Below, in pieces: positions 47,701-57,782 of a DNA stretch of 64,000 bases. The stretch comes from a virus: positions 1 to 64,000 of the IMG/VR virus record IMGVR_UViG_3300042908_000680; one strand, given 5' to 3'. How positions within the stretch are numbered: position 1 is the first letter of the stretch; the number at the start of each line of letters is the position of its first letter. The notes below the pieces were generated by a model, which was given only the letters and a program-made list of their open reading frames with translations, did not search any database and was not told the DNA's origin. The position numbers and the translations under genes are program-made.

Positions 47701-48935
47701 GTGGCCATACTCACTCATCATCAAATATTACCGATTTCAATAGTAGCGTAAGTGGACTACTACCAGTAGGAACTGCTAATTATTTAAGCAAGTTTGGAAC
47801 TGGTGGTAGTGGACTAAGTAATAGTTTAATTTATGATAATGGAACTAATGTTGGCATAGGAACAACATCGCCGTCTTATCAATTAGATGTTACTGGATCT
47901 GGAAGATTCCTTTCTGGATCAAACTCAATAATAATAGATCCATCCGGTAGGAGCATTAATGCATCTACCACTGATATATTCTTAAAAGCAAATAACAAAA
48001 CTATATTCAGAGGCTTAGATGCTAACGCTTGGAGCGACAATGTAAATACTACATATTTTCAAGTTGGAACATTTAATGCCAATTGCGCTTTTGCTTCCCA
48101 GAGTGCTAATCCATTCACAAGATTAGGATTTTCTGCTAGTAATTTTCATTTTACTCCTAATTATATTAATACTGTAGCTGCCCCAACGGCTATGTTCCAA
48201 ATTGATGGAGCATCTACAACGGGAAATTTGGTTGTCACTTCTGCCGGTAGCGTTGGCGTGGGAACAACAACTCCGTCTAAAAAACTAGATGTCATTGGAG
48301 ATGCTAGAGTTAGCGGAGTACTAAATCTAGTCAATGCATCAGATTCAACGGATAGATCAATAGCTGTTACTTCTAATAATATGACATTCGCTGGGGTTCA
48401 TGGTATATTCGAATATAGCGTTGGTCTTAGAGGTAGTAGAGGTTCGGCCTGTGGTCTAGAAAGCAATGCTACAAATGGATATCTAGCATTAGCGGCTGGT
48501 GGTTCAGAAAAAGTACGTATTGCTACTGATGGAAAAGTAGGAATTGGAACCACTACTCCAAGTGGACAATTACACGTTGTTGGAACTGGTTTATTTACTA
48601 ATATTGACATCAACGGATCAGTACTTGTTGGGTCTGCATCATTAACAGTAAATGGTGGGATTTTGACTCAAGGAGCATTTGTACGAACATCTATATTTAG
48701 TCTTTATGGTGACAACAATACAAAAATATATAAGCCAGATGGTTCTACTTTGGGCTATAGTGTGAGTAGTTCTAGCTATAAACATTCTTTTGGATATGAT
48801 CTTACTGGAAATCATAATTCATGGGCTACTATTAGCTCTAGCGGCTTGACTATTGGGAGTAGTACACTGTCAAGCTCCAATCTACCTAGTATAATAAATA
48901 ACACAAATCTATATTTATGGTCAAATTTTAACTAA
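44727..48935 (+). CDS. long fibre protein
   Basis: Repeats of SGHTHxSSNITDFNSSVSGLLP, GTPLTPT...TQIASTAFV, DTLNELATALGND and GNVGIGTTSP. Confidence 0.8.
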   Translation: MSNYTIEVTENVVNLDVLKDHDVIIEIKSSDNFITFDTPSGYPILFTSGTLPVSRVGSGYLIENLTSGNTIVRTFGDQVVSGSKIFNGDIISSGNSSFKFQPTSLAPSYFPVLISDPSTFSRQVYTRTSSQVKSDFGLNNVQNIALSGLNFSAGSGLVGGGDLSASRSFDIGAGDGISVGADSISVDSTVVRANNIDQSISGIKSFINTSGTRFTTGGSSSKDIILRPVSGVTSNNSITISPHTNIVSNRTYHLPEAGADADFVMTAGSQIITGSKAFTSSIIFNSGTFNSLRVGATPVALSGHTHTSFAYLNIGSPNITNYLTIQVPGGYAAGVYQDNAFFQIINNDSGDTVFGVDGYGRIIFGTIDAYNVNGLNDAISLQIPTSIVYTSGNQSISGVKTFTNNINVSGLITANSGNFTNSLNVNGTSVSISGHTHTSSNITDFNSSVSGLLPITLLTAGSGIGISGVGSNYTISTTGTFGLTQTQVDSRVNTLTSGIYAPLTGAVFTGIISGPSGSFTSLKVSNVDVSVSGHTHNISDITSLQTTLDNKQPSGNYALSSHNHISSNITDFNTSVSGLVNGIYAPLSSPSLTGTPLTPTANAGTNNTQIASTAFVRTEISNLVASAPTALDTLNELATALGNDANFSTTVTNNLAGKANLSGATFTGSISGPSGNFTSLKVNNVDVSANGHTHTSSDITNFNSAVSGLLPTIANSGDNRLLTSTGSTVGINAESNLTFNGSLLAVSGNLVANTGTINSLNFNNIGDPDLSIRQLAWNNSEGSLAVGLSDTYEMFLGGELHYRVRNNTGSSILAGTAVYATGLTPGGNNRIEIAPKAADGSIREVRFMGLVTENIDNGVNGFTTHFGYIRNIDTRGDYAANGATNKVWASGEPVWAEGDILYIHPTAEGKLTKIEPKHSISVAIILNRHQNQGKLFVRPTSYGHLGDNHDVDVSGATNGQFLQYNSTTDYWVPSSSGNFTSLSVNSTGVSISGHTHSSSNITDFNSSVSGLLPVGTANYLSKFGTGGSGLSNSLIYDNGTNVGIGTTSPSYQLDVTGSGRFLSGSNSIIIDPSGRSINASTTDIFLKANNKTIFRGLDANAWSDNVNTTYFQVGTFNANCAFASQSANPFTRLGFSASNFHFTPNYINTVAAPTAMFQIDGASTTGNLVVTSAGSVGVGTTTPSKKLDVIGDARVSGVLNLVNASDSTDRSIAVTSNNMTFAGVHGIFEYSVGLRGSRGSACGLESNATNGYLALAAGGSEKVRIATDGKVGIGTTTPSGQLHVVGTGLFTNIDINGSVLVGSASLTVNGGILTQGAFVRTSIFSLYGDNNTKIYKPDGSTLGYSVSSSSYKHSFGYDLTGNHNSWATISSSGLTIGSSTLSSSNLPSIINNTNLYLWSNFN

Positions 48936-48945
48936 GAGGTGAAAT

Positions 48946-49326
48946 ATGGCAGTGTCCCCACAATTCGCAGTAATTCCAAGATTATCAATAGTTCAAGCCT
49001 CTGGTGCTAATACCGCCACTGACGGCACAGGAACTTTAGCAACATTGATAACAGCCGGTTTTAGTGGAACAAAAATATATGAAGTTGTAGTAGATGCAGC
49101 ATCAACAACAACCGCCGGAATGGTCAGATTGTTCGTTAATGATGGTACTAATAATAGACTATTTGATGAGTTTAACGTTTCTGCAACAACAGCATCTTCA
49201 ACAGTGCCAACATTCAGAACATCTAAGAGTTATTCTAATTTAGTACTACCAAGCGGCTATGGATTAAGAGCATCAACACACAATGCTGAAACATTTAACG
49301 TATATGCATTTGGAGCAGACTTATGA
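48946..49326 (+). CDS. virion-associated hypothetical protein
   Basis: GAGGTG RBS; fibre island context. Confidence 0.55.
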   Translation: MAVSPQFAVIPRLSIVQASGANTATDGTGTLATLITAGFSGTKIYEVVVDAASTTTAGMVRLFVNDGTNNRLFDEFNVSATTASSTVPTFRTSKSYSNLVLPSGYGLRASTHNAETFNVYAFGADL

Positions 49327-50564
49327 ATGATGGTATCCTAGGACAGAAGAAACAAAACCTTTTTAGCTTTAGTAGTTACCCAACTCTTACTAAAGATGAA
49401 AATAACTTTTCATTATCTAATGATGCTAATGTTATACGCTTGAGTTCAGATGCTACAAGAAGCATAACGGGCTTTGGTGCTTTACAAAGTTCGTCAGTTA
49501 CTATTTATAATGTTGGCTCTTATGATATTAGAATAGTTCATCAGTCTGCAAATAGCTTTGAGACAAATAGAGTTATTAGTGCTACCGGAAGTGATCTTGT
49601 TATCGGGCCTAATGATAGTCTAACGTTAGTATATGATAACGTGTCGTTAAGATGGAGAAGTGGTGGTGCTGTAAAGGTAGACTCTATATCTGGTCAGGCT
49701 GGTGTTTATAGTTTTTACAGAAATTCTGGTCCTAGTGATGCTACTTTTGTTAGTGCCGGAAGCTGGACTTGGAATATTCCTTCTGGCGCAAAATTGATTA
49801 CTATTGACGCTATTGGTGCTGGTCAAGGTGGAGGTAGTGGTAGAAGAGGTGCTGCTGGAACTGCTAGAGGTGGTGGCGGTGGTGGTGCTGGTGGTGGTCG
49901 AAGTATGTTTACTATTCCAGTTGTTGAACTTGGTGGAAATACTAATCTAACTATCGTAGTAGCTGCTGGTGGTGCTGGTGCTGCTGCCGTTGCTGTTAAT
50001 GATACTAATGGTAATACTCCTGCTGCTACTTTTGCTACTGTTGTTAGAATCACAGCAACATCCAAAGTTTTAATTTATATCTGGAGAACTAACGGTGCTG
50101 GTGGTGGAACAACCACTGGTGGAGCGGCTGGCTATTCAGATTGGACTAATATGTGGATCGGTAGTCAGGGCGGTGCTGGAAGTAATAGTTCTACTGCTGC
50201 TGGAGGTTCTTTTTCAATTGCTGCGGCGTGTGGTGGTGGTGGTGGTGGTGGTATTGGAGCAGATAATGTTGCTGGTGCTGGAGGCGGAACAGTAAGCGAA
50301 GAAATTGCTAGAGGAGCCGCAGCTGTAGCTTTCGGAACTGCTGGCGGCGGTGCTGGTGTTTCTGCCCCAACATATATTCCCGGCGGTGCTGGAGGTGGAG
50401 GTTCTGGTGGTGGTGGTAATGCTAGCGGTGTTGGTGGAAATGGTGGTAATGGGGCTTTTCCCGGCGGTGGTGGTGGCGGTGGTGGTGCTAGCTTAAACGG
50501 TTTTGCTAGCGGTGCTGGAGGCAATGGTGCTGACGGCTTTGTTAAAATCTACGTGTGGTACTAA
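49323..50564 (+). CDS. glycine-rich fibre/spike protein
   Basis: GAGQGGGSG...GGGGGG glycine-rich domain ending GADGFVKI. Confidence 0.75.
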   Translation: MNDGILGQKKQNLFSFSSYPTLTKDENNFSLSNDANVIRLSSDATRSITGFGALQSSSVTIYNVGSYDIRIVHQSANSFETNRVISATGSDLVIGPNDSLTLVYDNVSLRWRSGGAVKVDSISGQAGVYSFYRNSGPSDATFVSAGSWTWNIPSGAKLITIDAIGAGQGGGSGRRGAAGTARGGGGGGAGGGRSMFTIPVVELGGNTNLTIVVAAGGAGAAAVAVNDTNGNTPAATFATVVRITATSKVLIYIWRTNGAGGGTTTGGAAGYSDWTNMWIGSQGGAGSNSSTAAGGSFSIAAACGGGGGGGIGADNVAGAGGGTVSEEIARGAAAVAFGTAGGGAGVSAPTYIPGGAGGGGSGGGGNASGVGGNGGNGAFPGGGGGGGGASLNGFASGAGGNGADGFVKIYVWY

Positions 50565-50566
50565 TT

Positions 50567-50992
50567 ATGATACAAACAACAGAAAATACAACATCGATTG
50601 CTATTGTTAGACAAGAAGACAATAAAGTGCTAACCTTTATAAGAATGGACTATCCAGAAGGGTGGGAACCAGAAGAAGGTTATTATGCTATTGGAGATGA
50701 TCTACTTCCAGAAGGTTGGGAGCGTATTCCTCCAGAGCCAGAAAAAGTTCCAGATAGTGTAACCGCTACACAAATAAGATTGTGGTTAGTAACTCACGGA
50801 ATTAGTTTACAAGCTATTGACTTGACAATAGATAGTATAGAAGATACTCAAACTAGAGATATTGTTAGAGTTCAGTGGGAATATGCTCCATATGTTGAAA
50901 GAAAACACTTTATGATTAATACATTAGGTGCTGCTCTTGGATTTTCATCAGAACAAATAGATAATGCATTCATAGAAGCTAGTAAATTATAG
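50567..50992 (+). CDS. fibre-associated protein / chaperone
   Basis: VTATQIRLWL...WEYA...R...LGFSSEQIDNAFIEA motif, usually found next to fibre genes. Confidence 0.55.
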   Translation: MIQTTENTTSIAIVRQEDNKVLTFIRMDYPEGWEPEEGYYAIGDDLLPEGWERIPPEPEKVPDSVTATQIRLWLVTHGISLQAIDLTIDSIEDTQTRDIVRVQWEYAPYVERKHFMINTLGAALGFSSEQIDNAFIEASKL

Positions 50993-50999
50993 AGGACTT

Positions 51000-53900
51000 A
51001 TGGCCGGAATAATAACTTCATCGTCGGTTGGATTTAATCCTTTAACAGCTTTTACAACTAATTGCTCATTTTGGTTAGACGCTGATGATCTAACCACAAT
51101 GACGCTTAGTGGATCTAGTGTTACTGAATGGAGAGATAAGGCTAGAAATCTAAGCTTTACTATTGGAACTGGCTCTAATGATGGCAATCGTTCTCCTCCT
51201 ATTTTAAGTAGTAGAAATGGAAGGGGTGCTGTTCAGTTTAATGGTACTAATACTATTTTACGAAATGCGACCGGTGATCTTACCCCTTTGAATAGGACAA
51301 TATTTGTTGTCATTGAAAAGGGGAGCGGATCTGATACTAACGGAGAAGCCGCAATATCTTTATGCCAAAAAGACTCTACTTTATATGGATATTTCACAAC
51401 ATTTGGCTTTGTTACTGGATATCCTTATAATAGTAAAAGAGTAGATTTGGCCGGTGCTACTGCTAGATGGTATGAATATACCTTTAATACTGGCGATTTA
51501 GTTTTAATGAGAAGTCAAAATAGAGATGATACTTATTTAAGTGGAACGTTTGTTGATTCTCAATTATATGTTAATAAGACTATAGTTACTAGAACCACCA
51601 ATATAATAGGTGGTTTTATGACATCATTCACTAGGGGTATAATTCTTGGTGGAACCGATGGTAGATTAGCAAGTGGTTTTTATGGAAATTACTTTTCTGG
51701 AAAAATTTGTGAAGTAATATGTTTTGATAATATTCTTTCATCACAAGAATCTGAGATTGTAGAAAATTACTTGAGTAGAAAGTGGGGGTTGGGATTGTCT
51801 GGTAGCGATGATCCAGCACAAGATATAGCCTCTATTTCTATTCCACAATACTCTATTGATACTTATCCAGTAAATATTGATCAATTTATTCAAGATATAG
51901 CGTCACCGAATAATATTTCTGGTTGTCAACTATGGTTAGACGGAAGTGATCTCTCTAGCATTTCTTTATCTGGTGTTTATGCAACTCAATGGAATGATAA
52001 GAGCGGATATAATAGACATATGGTTGAACAATCTACTAGTGCGCCCACATTGCAAGCTAGTGGCCTCAGTAATAAAAATGTTATTAATTTTTCTGCTACA
52101 GCTAAAATGTCTATTCCAAATAGTAGTGGATCATTTAACTTTCTACACAATACAACTGGTGGCACAATTATATATGTGGTAAAGCCATTTGCTATTGATA
52201 ACAATGCACAGTATGGCAGGTTTTTGCATAATGATGATAATGCAAGTAATAATATTGGTTTTAATATCTTTTTTGATGATAGACCGGCTACTTTAGGTGC
52301 TAGCAATAGTTTAAGATGTGGTATAACTAGAGGAGTTGGTGGTACTAGTACGGCAGACTATTTGGTAAATAATGTAATACCAGAAATGAATAAATTTGTT
52401 TTACAGTCTGTCATGTTTAATAGCAATGAAGCAGTTGCTAGAAATCGAATAAAGACATTTACTAATAGCAAACAAAATGCTGGTTCAAATTCATCTACCA
52501 ACGCTCCATCGTCTTCCCTAACCTCAACTATTAACCTTACTTTAGGATCGGCAAATTCTGATAGTTTTACAGGACAACTTGCAGAGTTAATAATATATTC
52601 TGGTTCTTTATCTTCTTATGACTTGTTAAGAGTAGAAAGATATTTAGCAAAAAAGTGGGCAACTCAAACAAACTCTTCTTGTAAGTTGTGGGCTGATTGT
52701 AGTGATCTATCTACTTTAAAACAAAATAGTGATGGCACAGGAGCAGTAATATCATCTGGAGATCCGGTTGGTTATATTTTAGACAAGAGTGGTAATGGAA
52801 ATCATCTTATTCAGCCAACAGCTTCCTCAAAACCATTTCTTGATACTACTACATTTAATGGCTTACCTTCTGCTAATTTTGAAGCCCCTCAATTTATGTA
52901 TAGTGACTCACTGACTATTTTAAATGGCAGCGATAAGCCCGCTACTGTTATCATGGTTTGCAAGCCCAAACGATTTGTTGTGAATGGGAGTATATTTGCT
53001 TTTACTAGATATGATAGTAATATTCCTTATTTTACCCTTTGGGGGCAAGTGGGTGGCGGTAGGGGAGAAACTGGATACGTGGACATAAGAACAAGAGCAG
53101 ATGATTTAACTAATAAATCAGCAGTCTCAGCTTATACTTCTCAGCTTACTACAGAGCCAGTTATCTTTACAATTAAAATCGATGGATTAAAAGTTCATGC
53201 CAGACAAAATGGTTTAATTGTTCTCAATAATTCTGACATAGATGTTAATAGTAAAACTCAAAATAGATTTAGTATTAATGTTAATGCTAACTCTGCGATA
53301 GGTTTTCATCAAAATATTACTCTTGGAGAAGTATTAGTATTTGACAGCGCACTAACAGATACTCAAATTTCTTCGTTAGAAAAATATCTTAGTAAAAAAT
53401 GGGGCATTGGAATAGAAAGGCCAACATCAAGTCATAAAGAAGTAAAAAACTATATTAATAGAGTATATGCTAACGGCGGATTGATTAGTCAAGAAACTAT
53501 AAATAAGGTAACTGATTTTTGTTACGATATAGATAATGCTGGATTGCGAAACAAAATGTGGAGAACAAACTTATTTTGTGGAAACAATCTTAATGCCGCA
53601 CTTGTTCCACTATACAGAGGTCCAACTCCTGTTGATCAATTCTATGGTAATCCCGTTGATGTTAATTCTGGACCATTTACTGGACCAGACTATAACGAAA
53701 GGGGCCAGCAAGGCGGATTAAGAAGTGACAGACGAAGTAAATATTTAAATACCGGATTTAGATGTGATACTATTCCATATACTGATACCCACTTGTCATT
53801 TCATGCTAGACCGCCAAATACCACAGCGATGATAGCTTCTCCAACTGGTATTACTGGATGCTCATTATGGTTAGATGCTAGTGACGCAACATCAGTTTTA

Positions 53901-55436
53901 CTTAATGGTAGTGCAGTTTCTGGATGGAATGATAAAAGCGGTAACTCCAGACACTTCATTCAAAATTCTGGAGTTTGCCAACCCACTTATGTTACATCTA
54001 GTATTAACTCTAAAAATATAATTAGATTTGATGGTACTAATGATTTTATGATTGGTAGTTCTGGCTGTAATAGTTTGCTACAAAATTTAGGAAACTATAC
54101 TATATTAACAGTATATAAACCAACTAATTTGACTAGTCAGAATCGCACAATAATAGCGGACACATATGGACTAGGCAGTGAACTATGGAGTGTTGTAACC
54201 CCCACCATACAAAATACTGCGGGTTCTAATGGCGTTTGGAATAGTGGCACTTTGACAATGAGCAATACTGCTATTGGGACAAATGCTGGATATCCAAGAT
54301 TTGACTTTGGTTTTCCAAGTATGGTTGCTGGAAGAATCTATACAGTGTCTGGCACATTAACTGGTGATATTACTGGATTACAAGCCGGATCACCAATTAG
54401 ATTATCAACAGCTGGGAATAATAACTATATAACATATGAACCATCTACTGGAAAGTTTTTTGGTACAGTAGCAGCAGCAGCAACCGTTGGCATAGAAATT
54501 ATATTGGATGGTACAAAATTATCCAGTGTTAGTATATCTGGAATCTCTATCAAAGAAACATCATTACGAAACAGATTATATACTAATATTAATAGCTCTT
54601 TTTCACAGGGCGTTAAGCGTACCACATCAGATGTACTTGGTGTTCTTTCTACTAACAATACTATGGTCGTTGGCACTACTTACTTATTTAGTTCTTGGTT
54701 TTCTCCAAATAGCCAAAAATCATCTATTTATTTTGCTGGCGAGTTAGATAATATTGGTACAGGATATCACGGTCTTGGAAATACTGATAACACAGCTTCT
54801 TATGAAGTTGTTATAGGATCTATAGGTTCACTATATAATAGCCCCGGTTGTGAAATGCTTCAAGGCGATCTTGCAGAATTAGTGATATATAATAAAAAAC
54901 TTAGTGATGATGAAATGACTAGCCTTACCAAATATTTTGCTAATAAGTGGGGGCTTACTGGTATGGGAGTTATGTGTGGACCAACTATGGGAAGTTTTAT
55001 GGGTGGTACTCCAGACGCTTCAGTATGGTATGCTAACCAATATAGGCTTAGTTTAGATTATAATAGTGTAACAACTAATACTTTAGTCGGGGGAATTTTA
55101 GCTGGTAATTCTCAAGCTTCTCAATCTTCACGATCAGTAAATAATGGTGGACACTTTGTTGTTAGTAGAAGTGGCAATTCAGATATTAGATCGTATGACG
55201 ATGGTACTCAAATAGGATTTAGCTCCACCGTTCCAACTTCTGGATTTTTTCAAACCAGCGTTCCCATCTTCGTATTTGCAGTTTCTAATTTTGCATCAAC
55301 ACTACAGAGTGGTCCACCAAACACATTCATTGGATATGGTGGAGGATATAGTATAGGAAATTATTTATCACCAACAGAAGTTAGTACATTTAGTAGAATT
55401 ATGAATAAATTTCAAGCTTCACTAGGGAGAATATGA
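51000..55436 (+). CDS. large LamG/concanavalin-like repeat virion protein
   Basis: Four repeats of (L/F)W(L/A)DxxD...DK...G.(I/L).E.I.....YLxxKW. Confidence 0.75.
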   Translation: MAGIITSSSVGFNPLTAFTTNCSFWLDADDLTTMTLSGSSVTEWRDKARNLSFTIGTGSNDGNRSPPILSSRNGRGAVQFNGTNTILRNATGDLTPLNRTIFVVIEKGSGSDTNGEAAISLCQKDSTLYGYFTTFGFVTGYPYNSKRVDLAGATARWYEYTFNTGDLVLMRSQNRDDTYLSGTFVDSQLYVNKTIVTRTTNIIGGFMTSFTRGIILGGTDGRLASGFYGNYFSGKICEVICFDNILSSQESEIVENYLSRKWGLGLSGSDDPAQDIASISIPQYSIDTYPVNIDQFIQDIASPNNISGCQLWLDGSDLSSISLSGVYATQWNDKSGYNRHMVEQSTSAPTLQASGLSNKNVINFSATAKMSIPNSSGSFNFLHNTTGGTIIYVVKPFAIDNNAQYGRFLHNDDNASNNIGFNIFFDDRPATLGASNSLRCGITRGVGGTSTADYLVNNVIPEMNKFVLQSVMFNSNEAVARNRIKTFTNSKQNAGSNSSTNAPSSSLTSTINLTLGSANSDSFTGQLAELIIYSGSLSSYDLLRVERYLAKKWATQTNSSCKLWADCSDLSTLKQNSDGTGAVISSGDPVGYILDKSGNGNHLIQPTASSKPFLDTTTFNGLPSANFEAPQFMYSDSLTILNGSDKPATVIMVCKPKRFVVNGSIFAFTRYDSNIPYFTLWGQVGGGRGETGYVDIRTRADDLTNKSAVSAYTSQLTTEPVIFTIKIDGLKVHARQNGLIVLNNSDIDVNSKTQNRFSINVNANSAIGFHQNITLGEVLVFDSALTDTQISSLEKYLSKKWGIGIERPTSSHKEVKNYINRVYANGGLISQETINKVTDFCYDIDNAGLRNKMWRTNLFCGNNLNAALVPLYRGPTPVDQFYGNPVDVNSGPFTGPDYNERGQQGGLRSDRRSKYLNTGFRCDTIPYTDTHLSFHARPPNTTAMIASPTGITGCSLWLDASDATSVLLNGSAVSGWNDKSGNSRHFIQNSGVCQPTYVTSSINSKNIIRFDGTNDFMIGSSGCNSLLQNLGNYTILTVYKPTNLTSQNRTIIADTYGLGSELWSVVTPTIQNTAGSNGVWNSGTLTMSNTAIGTNAGYPRFDFGFPSMVAGRIYTVSGTLTGDITGLQAGSPIRLSTAGNNNYITYEPSTGKFFGTVAAAATVGIEIILDGTKLSSVSISGISIKETSLRNRLYTNINSSFSQGVKRTTSDVLGVLSTNNTMVVGTTYLFSSWFSPNSQKSSIYFAGELDNIGTGYHGLGNTDNTASYEVVIGSIGSLYNSPGCEMLQGDLAELVIYNKKLSDDEMTSLTKYFANKWGLTGMGVMCGPTMGSFMGGTPDASVWYANQYRLSLDYNSVTTNTLVGGILAGNSQASQSSRSVNNGGHFVVSRSGNSDIRSYDDGTQIGFSSTVPTSGFFQTSVPIFVFAVSNFASTLQSGPPNTFIGYGGGYSIGNYLSPTEVSTFSRIMNKFQASLGRI

Positions 55437-55437
55437 T

Positions 55438-55818
55438 ATGAGTATTTTAGATGGTAATGTTCAACCAAACTTAGCAGAACAATCTGCCAAGCAAATAATC
55501 AATCAAGCTCGTCAGACATTTCATCAAATAACTGACTCTTTTAATGATGGTACGGTCTTATTTTGGAGCAATCCTTATGGATTAAAACCATCAGAAATTG
55601 CTGAAGCCCTTGGACCAAACGCGGTGGAAGTATTTAAATTACACTATGCTTTAGGCCAATTTATTGCTAGTATAAAGCCCGAAGCAATATATAATTCATT
55701 ATCTTTAGTTGGTCAATTTACTATGAATGAAGATGGAACTGTAACAGTTATCGATAATGATAACCTCCCGCCGGTTACTCCTCAAGATTTTAATGCCTCA
55801 CTAACTGGTGATCGTTAA
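55438..55818 (+). CDS. hypothetical protein
   Basis: ORF immediately after the lectin gene. Confidence 0.6.
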   Translation: MSILDGNVQPNLAEQSAKQIINQARQTFHQITDSFNDGTVLFWSNPYGLKPSEIAEALGPNAVEVFKLHYALGQFIASIKPEAIYNSLSLVGQFTMNEDGTVTVIDNDNLPPVTPQDFNASLTGDR

Positions 55819-55884
55819 GTAATCAATTTAATATGTTTATACGATTTTTGTGTATATTATCTTGAGAGACACCAAGGAAAAAAT

Positions 55885-57294
55885 ATGAAGATATATGCAC
55901 AAGAAATAGCTGACGGAGTATCAGAACGTATCAAAAGTGATACGACTGTAGCTTATTGTTCGCAAGCTGTGTTAACAACCGAAACAAATTCAATTAAGAG
56001 ATTGATTGATAAAGTAAAGGCTTCTAGCAATCCTAATCAAATTGATCTTTACTATATCAAATCAATTCTTGTTTCTACTGGGTGGAATAAAAACGACGAT
56101 GTTTTCGATCCGCAGCAAACTTGGGCGGCTCGTAGTACCCCAGAAGATAAACAATTCAACTTAATGCATAATGAAAATGACATCATAGGACATATCACTG
56201 GAAGTTATGTTGTTGATCAAGATGGCAATAAAATCGGCGCAACTGAAAATGATGACGCCCCATCTCAGTTCGATATCGTAACCGAAGCTGTAATTTATAA
56301 CAGCTGGACTAATCCAGAGAACAGAGAGAGGATGAGTAAGATTATATCAGAGATAGAGCAAGGCAAGTGGTTCGTTTCGATGGAATGTTTATTCGCCGGT
56401 TTTGATTACTCCGTTAAAGACACCTCTGGTCAAACCAAGGTTATAGCACGAAGTGAAGACTCGGCATTTTTAACAAAACATCTTAGAGCATACGGTGGAA
56501 CCGGAGAATACGAAGGCTATCAAATTGGTAGATTATTGAGAGATATTTCTTTTTCTGGTAAGGGTTTAGTATCCAGACCAGCAAATCCTAGAAGTATAAT
56601 TCTTGATTCTAGCAAGGCTTTCTCTGTTAATGAAGAACAAACTATTTCCAATGTTTCAGAAGGAGAAGTTAATATGTCAGAAAACATCGAAGAGAAGCAG
56701 CTAGATACTGCCCCAGTGGTAGAAGAAGCTGTACAAGTTGTAGCCGAAGAAGTCAAGGTTGAAAATAATACTTCAGAATTAGAGGCCGCTTTAGCTGCTA
56801 AAGATACTGAAATTCAAGCTTATGCTTCAAAGGTAACAACATTAGAAGAGACTATTGCTAACTTACAAAAAGATTTAGCAGCAGTGAACAAGGATATGGA
56901 AGAAATGAAGAAAAAGGAAAAAGATCGTAGCCGTAAAGAAAAATTAGTTATGGCCGGTTTTGAAGATGCAGAAGCCGACGAATCGCTCTCGCTATATGAC
57001 GCATTAAGTGACGAAGCTTTTGAAGCTGTTGTTGCTGCAATGAAGAAGAAGTGGGGAGCAATGAAGGACAAGATGATGAAAGAAGATAAAGAAGAAAAGA
57101 AGGAAATGGCTTCAGAAGTCGCTGCTACAGAAGAAAAGACTGAAGTAGCAGAAGAGTCAACTGCTCAACTTTTTGAAGAAGTTAAATCAACAGAAGCCAC
57201 TCTCGTAGATGCTTCTGATGAAGGTGAAGAAATAGAGGCCACAAGAGCTAGTGTGGCAGAGTGGCTAACAAACAACGTTTTACGTAATAAGTGA
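55885..57294 (+). CDS. prohead protease with C-terminal scaffold region
   Basis: NKNDDVF, H...IIGHI, VSMEC and GLVSRPAN motifs followed by an acidic coiled coil; upstream of the capsid genes. Confidence 0.7.
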   Translation: MKIYAQEIADGVSERIKSDTTVAYCSQAVLTTETNSIKRLIDKVKASSNPNQIDLYYIKSILVSTGWNKNDDVFDPQQTWAARSTPEDKQFNLMHNENDIIGHITGSYVVDQDGNKIGATENDDAPSQFDIVTEAVIYNSWTNPENRERMSKIISEIEQGKWFVSMECLFAGFDYSVKDTSGQTKVIARSEDSAFLTKHLRAYGGTGEYEGYQIGRLLRDISFSGKGLVSRPANPRSIILDSSKAFSVNEEQTISNVSEGEVNMSENIEEKQLDTAPVVEEAVQVVAEEVKVENNTSELEAALAAKDTEIQAYASKVTTLEETIANLQKDLAAVNKDMEEMKKKEKDRSRKEKLVMAGFEDAEADESLSLYDALSDEAFEAVVAAMKKKWGAMKDKMMKEDKEEKKEMASEVAATEEKTEVAEESTAQLFEEVKSTEATLVDASDEGEEIEATRASVAEWLTNNVLRNK

Positions 57295-57310
57295 TAAAAG
57301 GAGAAAAACT

Positions 57311-57757
57311 ATGGCCCTAAAAGCAGATAGATATGAGCTTCAAACTGATATCAGTTTCTTCTACAATGCCGGGACAGCAAATCGCGGCGGTGTAGTATGT
57401 CATGATACAGCTGGTTCGGGTGCAGCTATGGATCAAGGTGTTAACCTTGTTAAGTATGCTACATCAGGCGTTCCAGTTGGCGTTTTATTAAATGATGTAG
57501 TAAATAAGGATCTAACCCGTACTCATCTTAATCAGTATAAGGATGAAGTTCAGAAGGGTGGTAAGGTTACAGTACTCCGCAAGGGTTATGTTGTAACTAA
57601 CAGCGTCACTGGAACACCTAGTGCCGGTGCAACAGCTTATCGCTGCACAGTAACTGCTGGAAATTTCAGCACAGTTGCTAGCGGCAATGCTGTTGGTGGA
57701 TTCATGACCAGCAAAGATGCTGACGGTTATGCCAAAGTCGAAGTAAACCTTCCCTGA
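57311..57757 (+). CDS. capsid decoration/cement protein
   Basis: Position between scaffold and MCP; beta-tulip-like pattern (PVGVLL...VTVLRKG...VG.F). Confidence 0.6.
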   Translation: MALKADRYELQTDISFFYNAGTANRGGVVCHDTAGSGAAMDQGVNLVKYATSGVPVGVLLNDVVNKDLTRTHLNQYKDEVQKGGKVTVLRKGYVVTNSVTGTPSAGATAYRCTVTAGNFSTVASGNAVGGFMTSKDADGYAKVEVNLP

Positions 57758-57782
57758 CTAATATAAACAAGGAGAATTAAAC

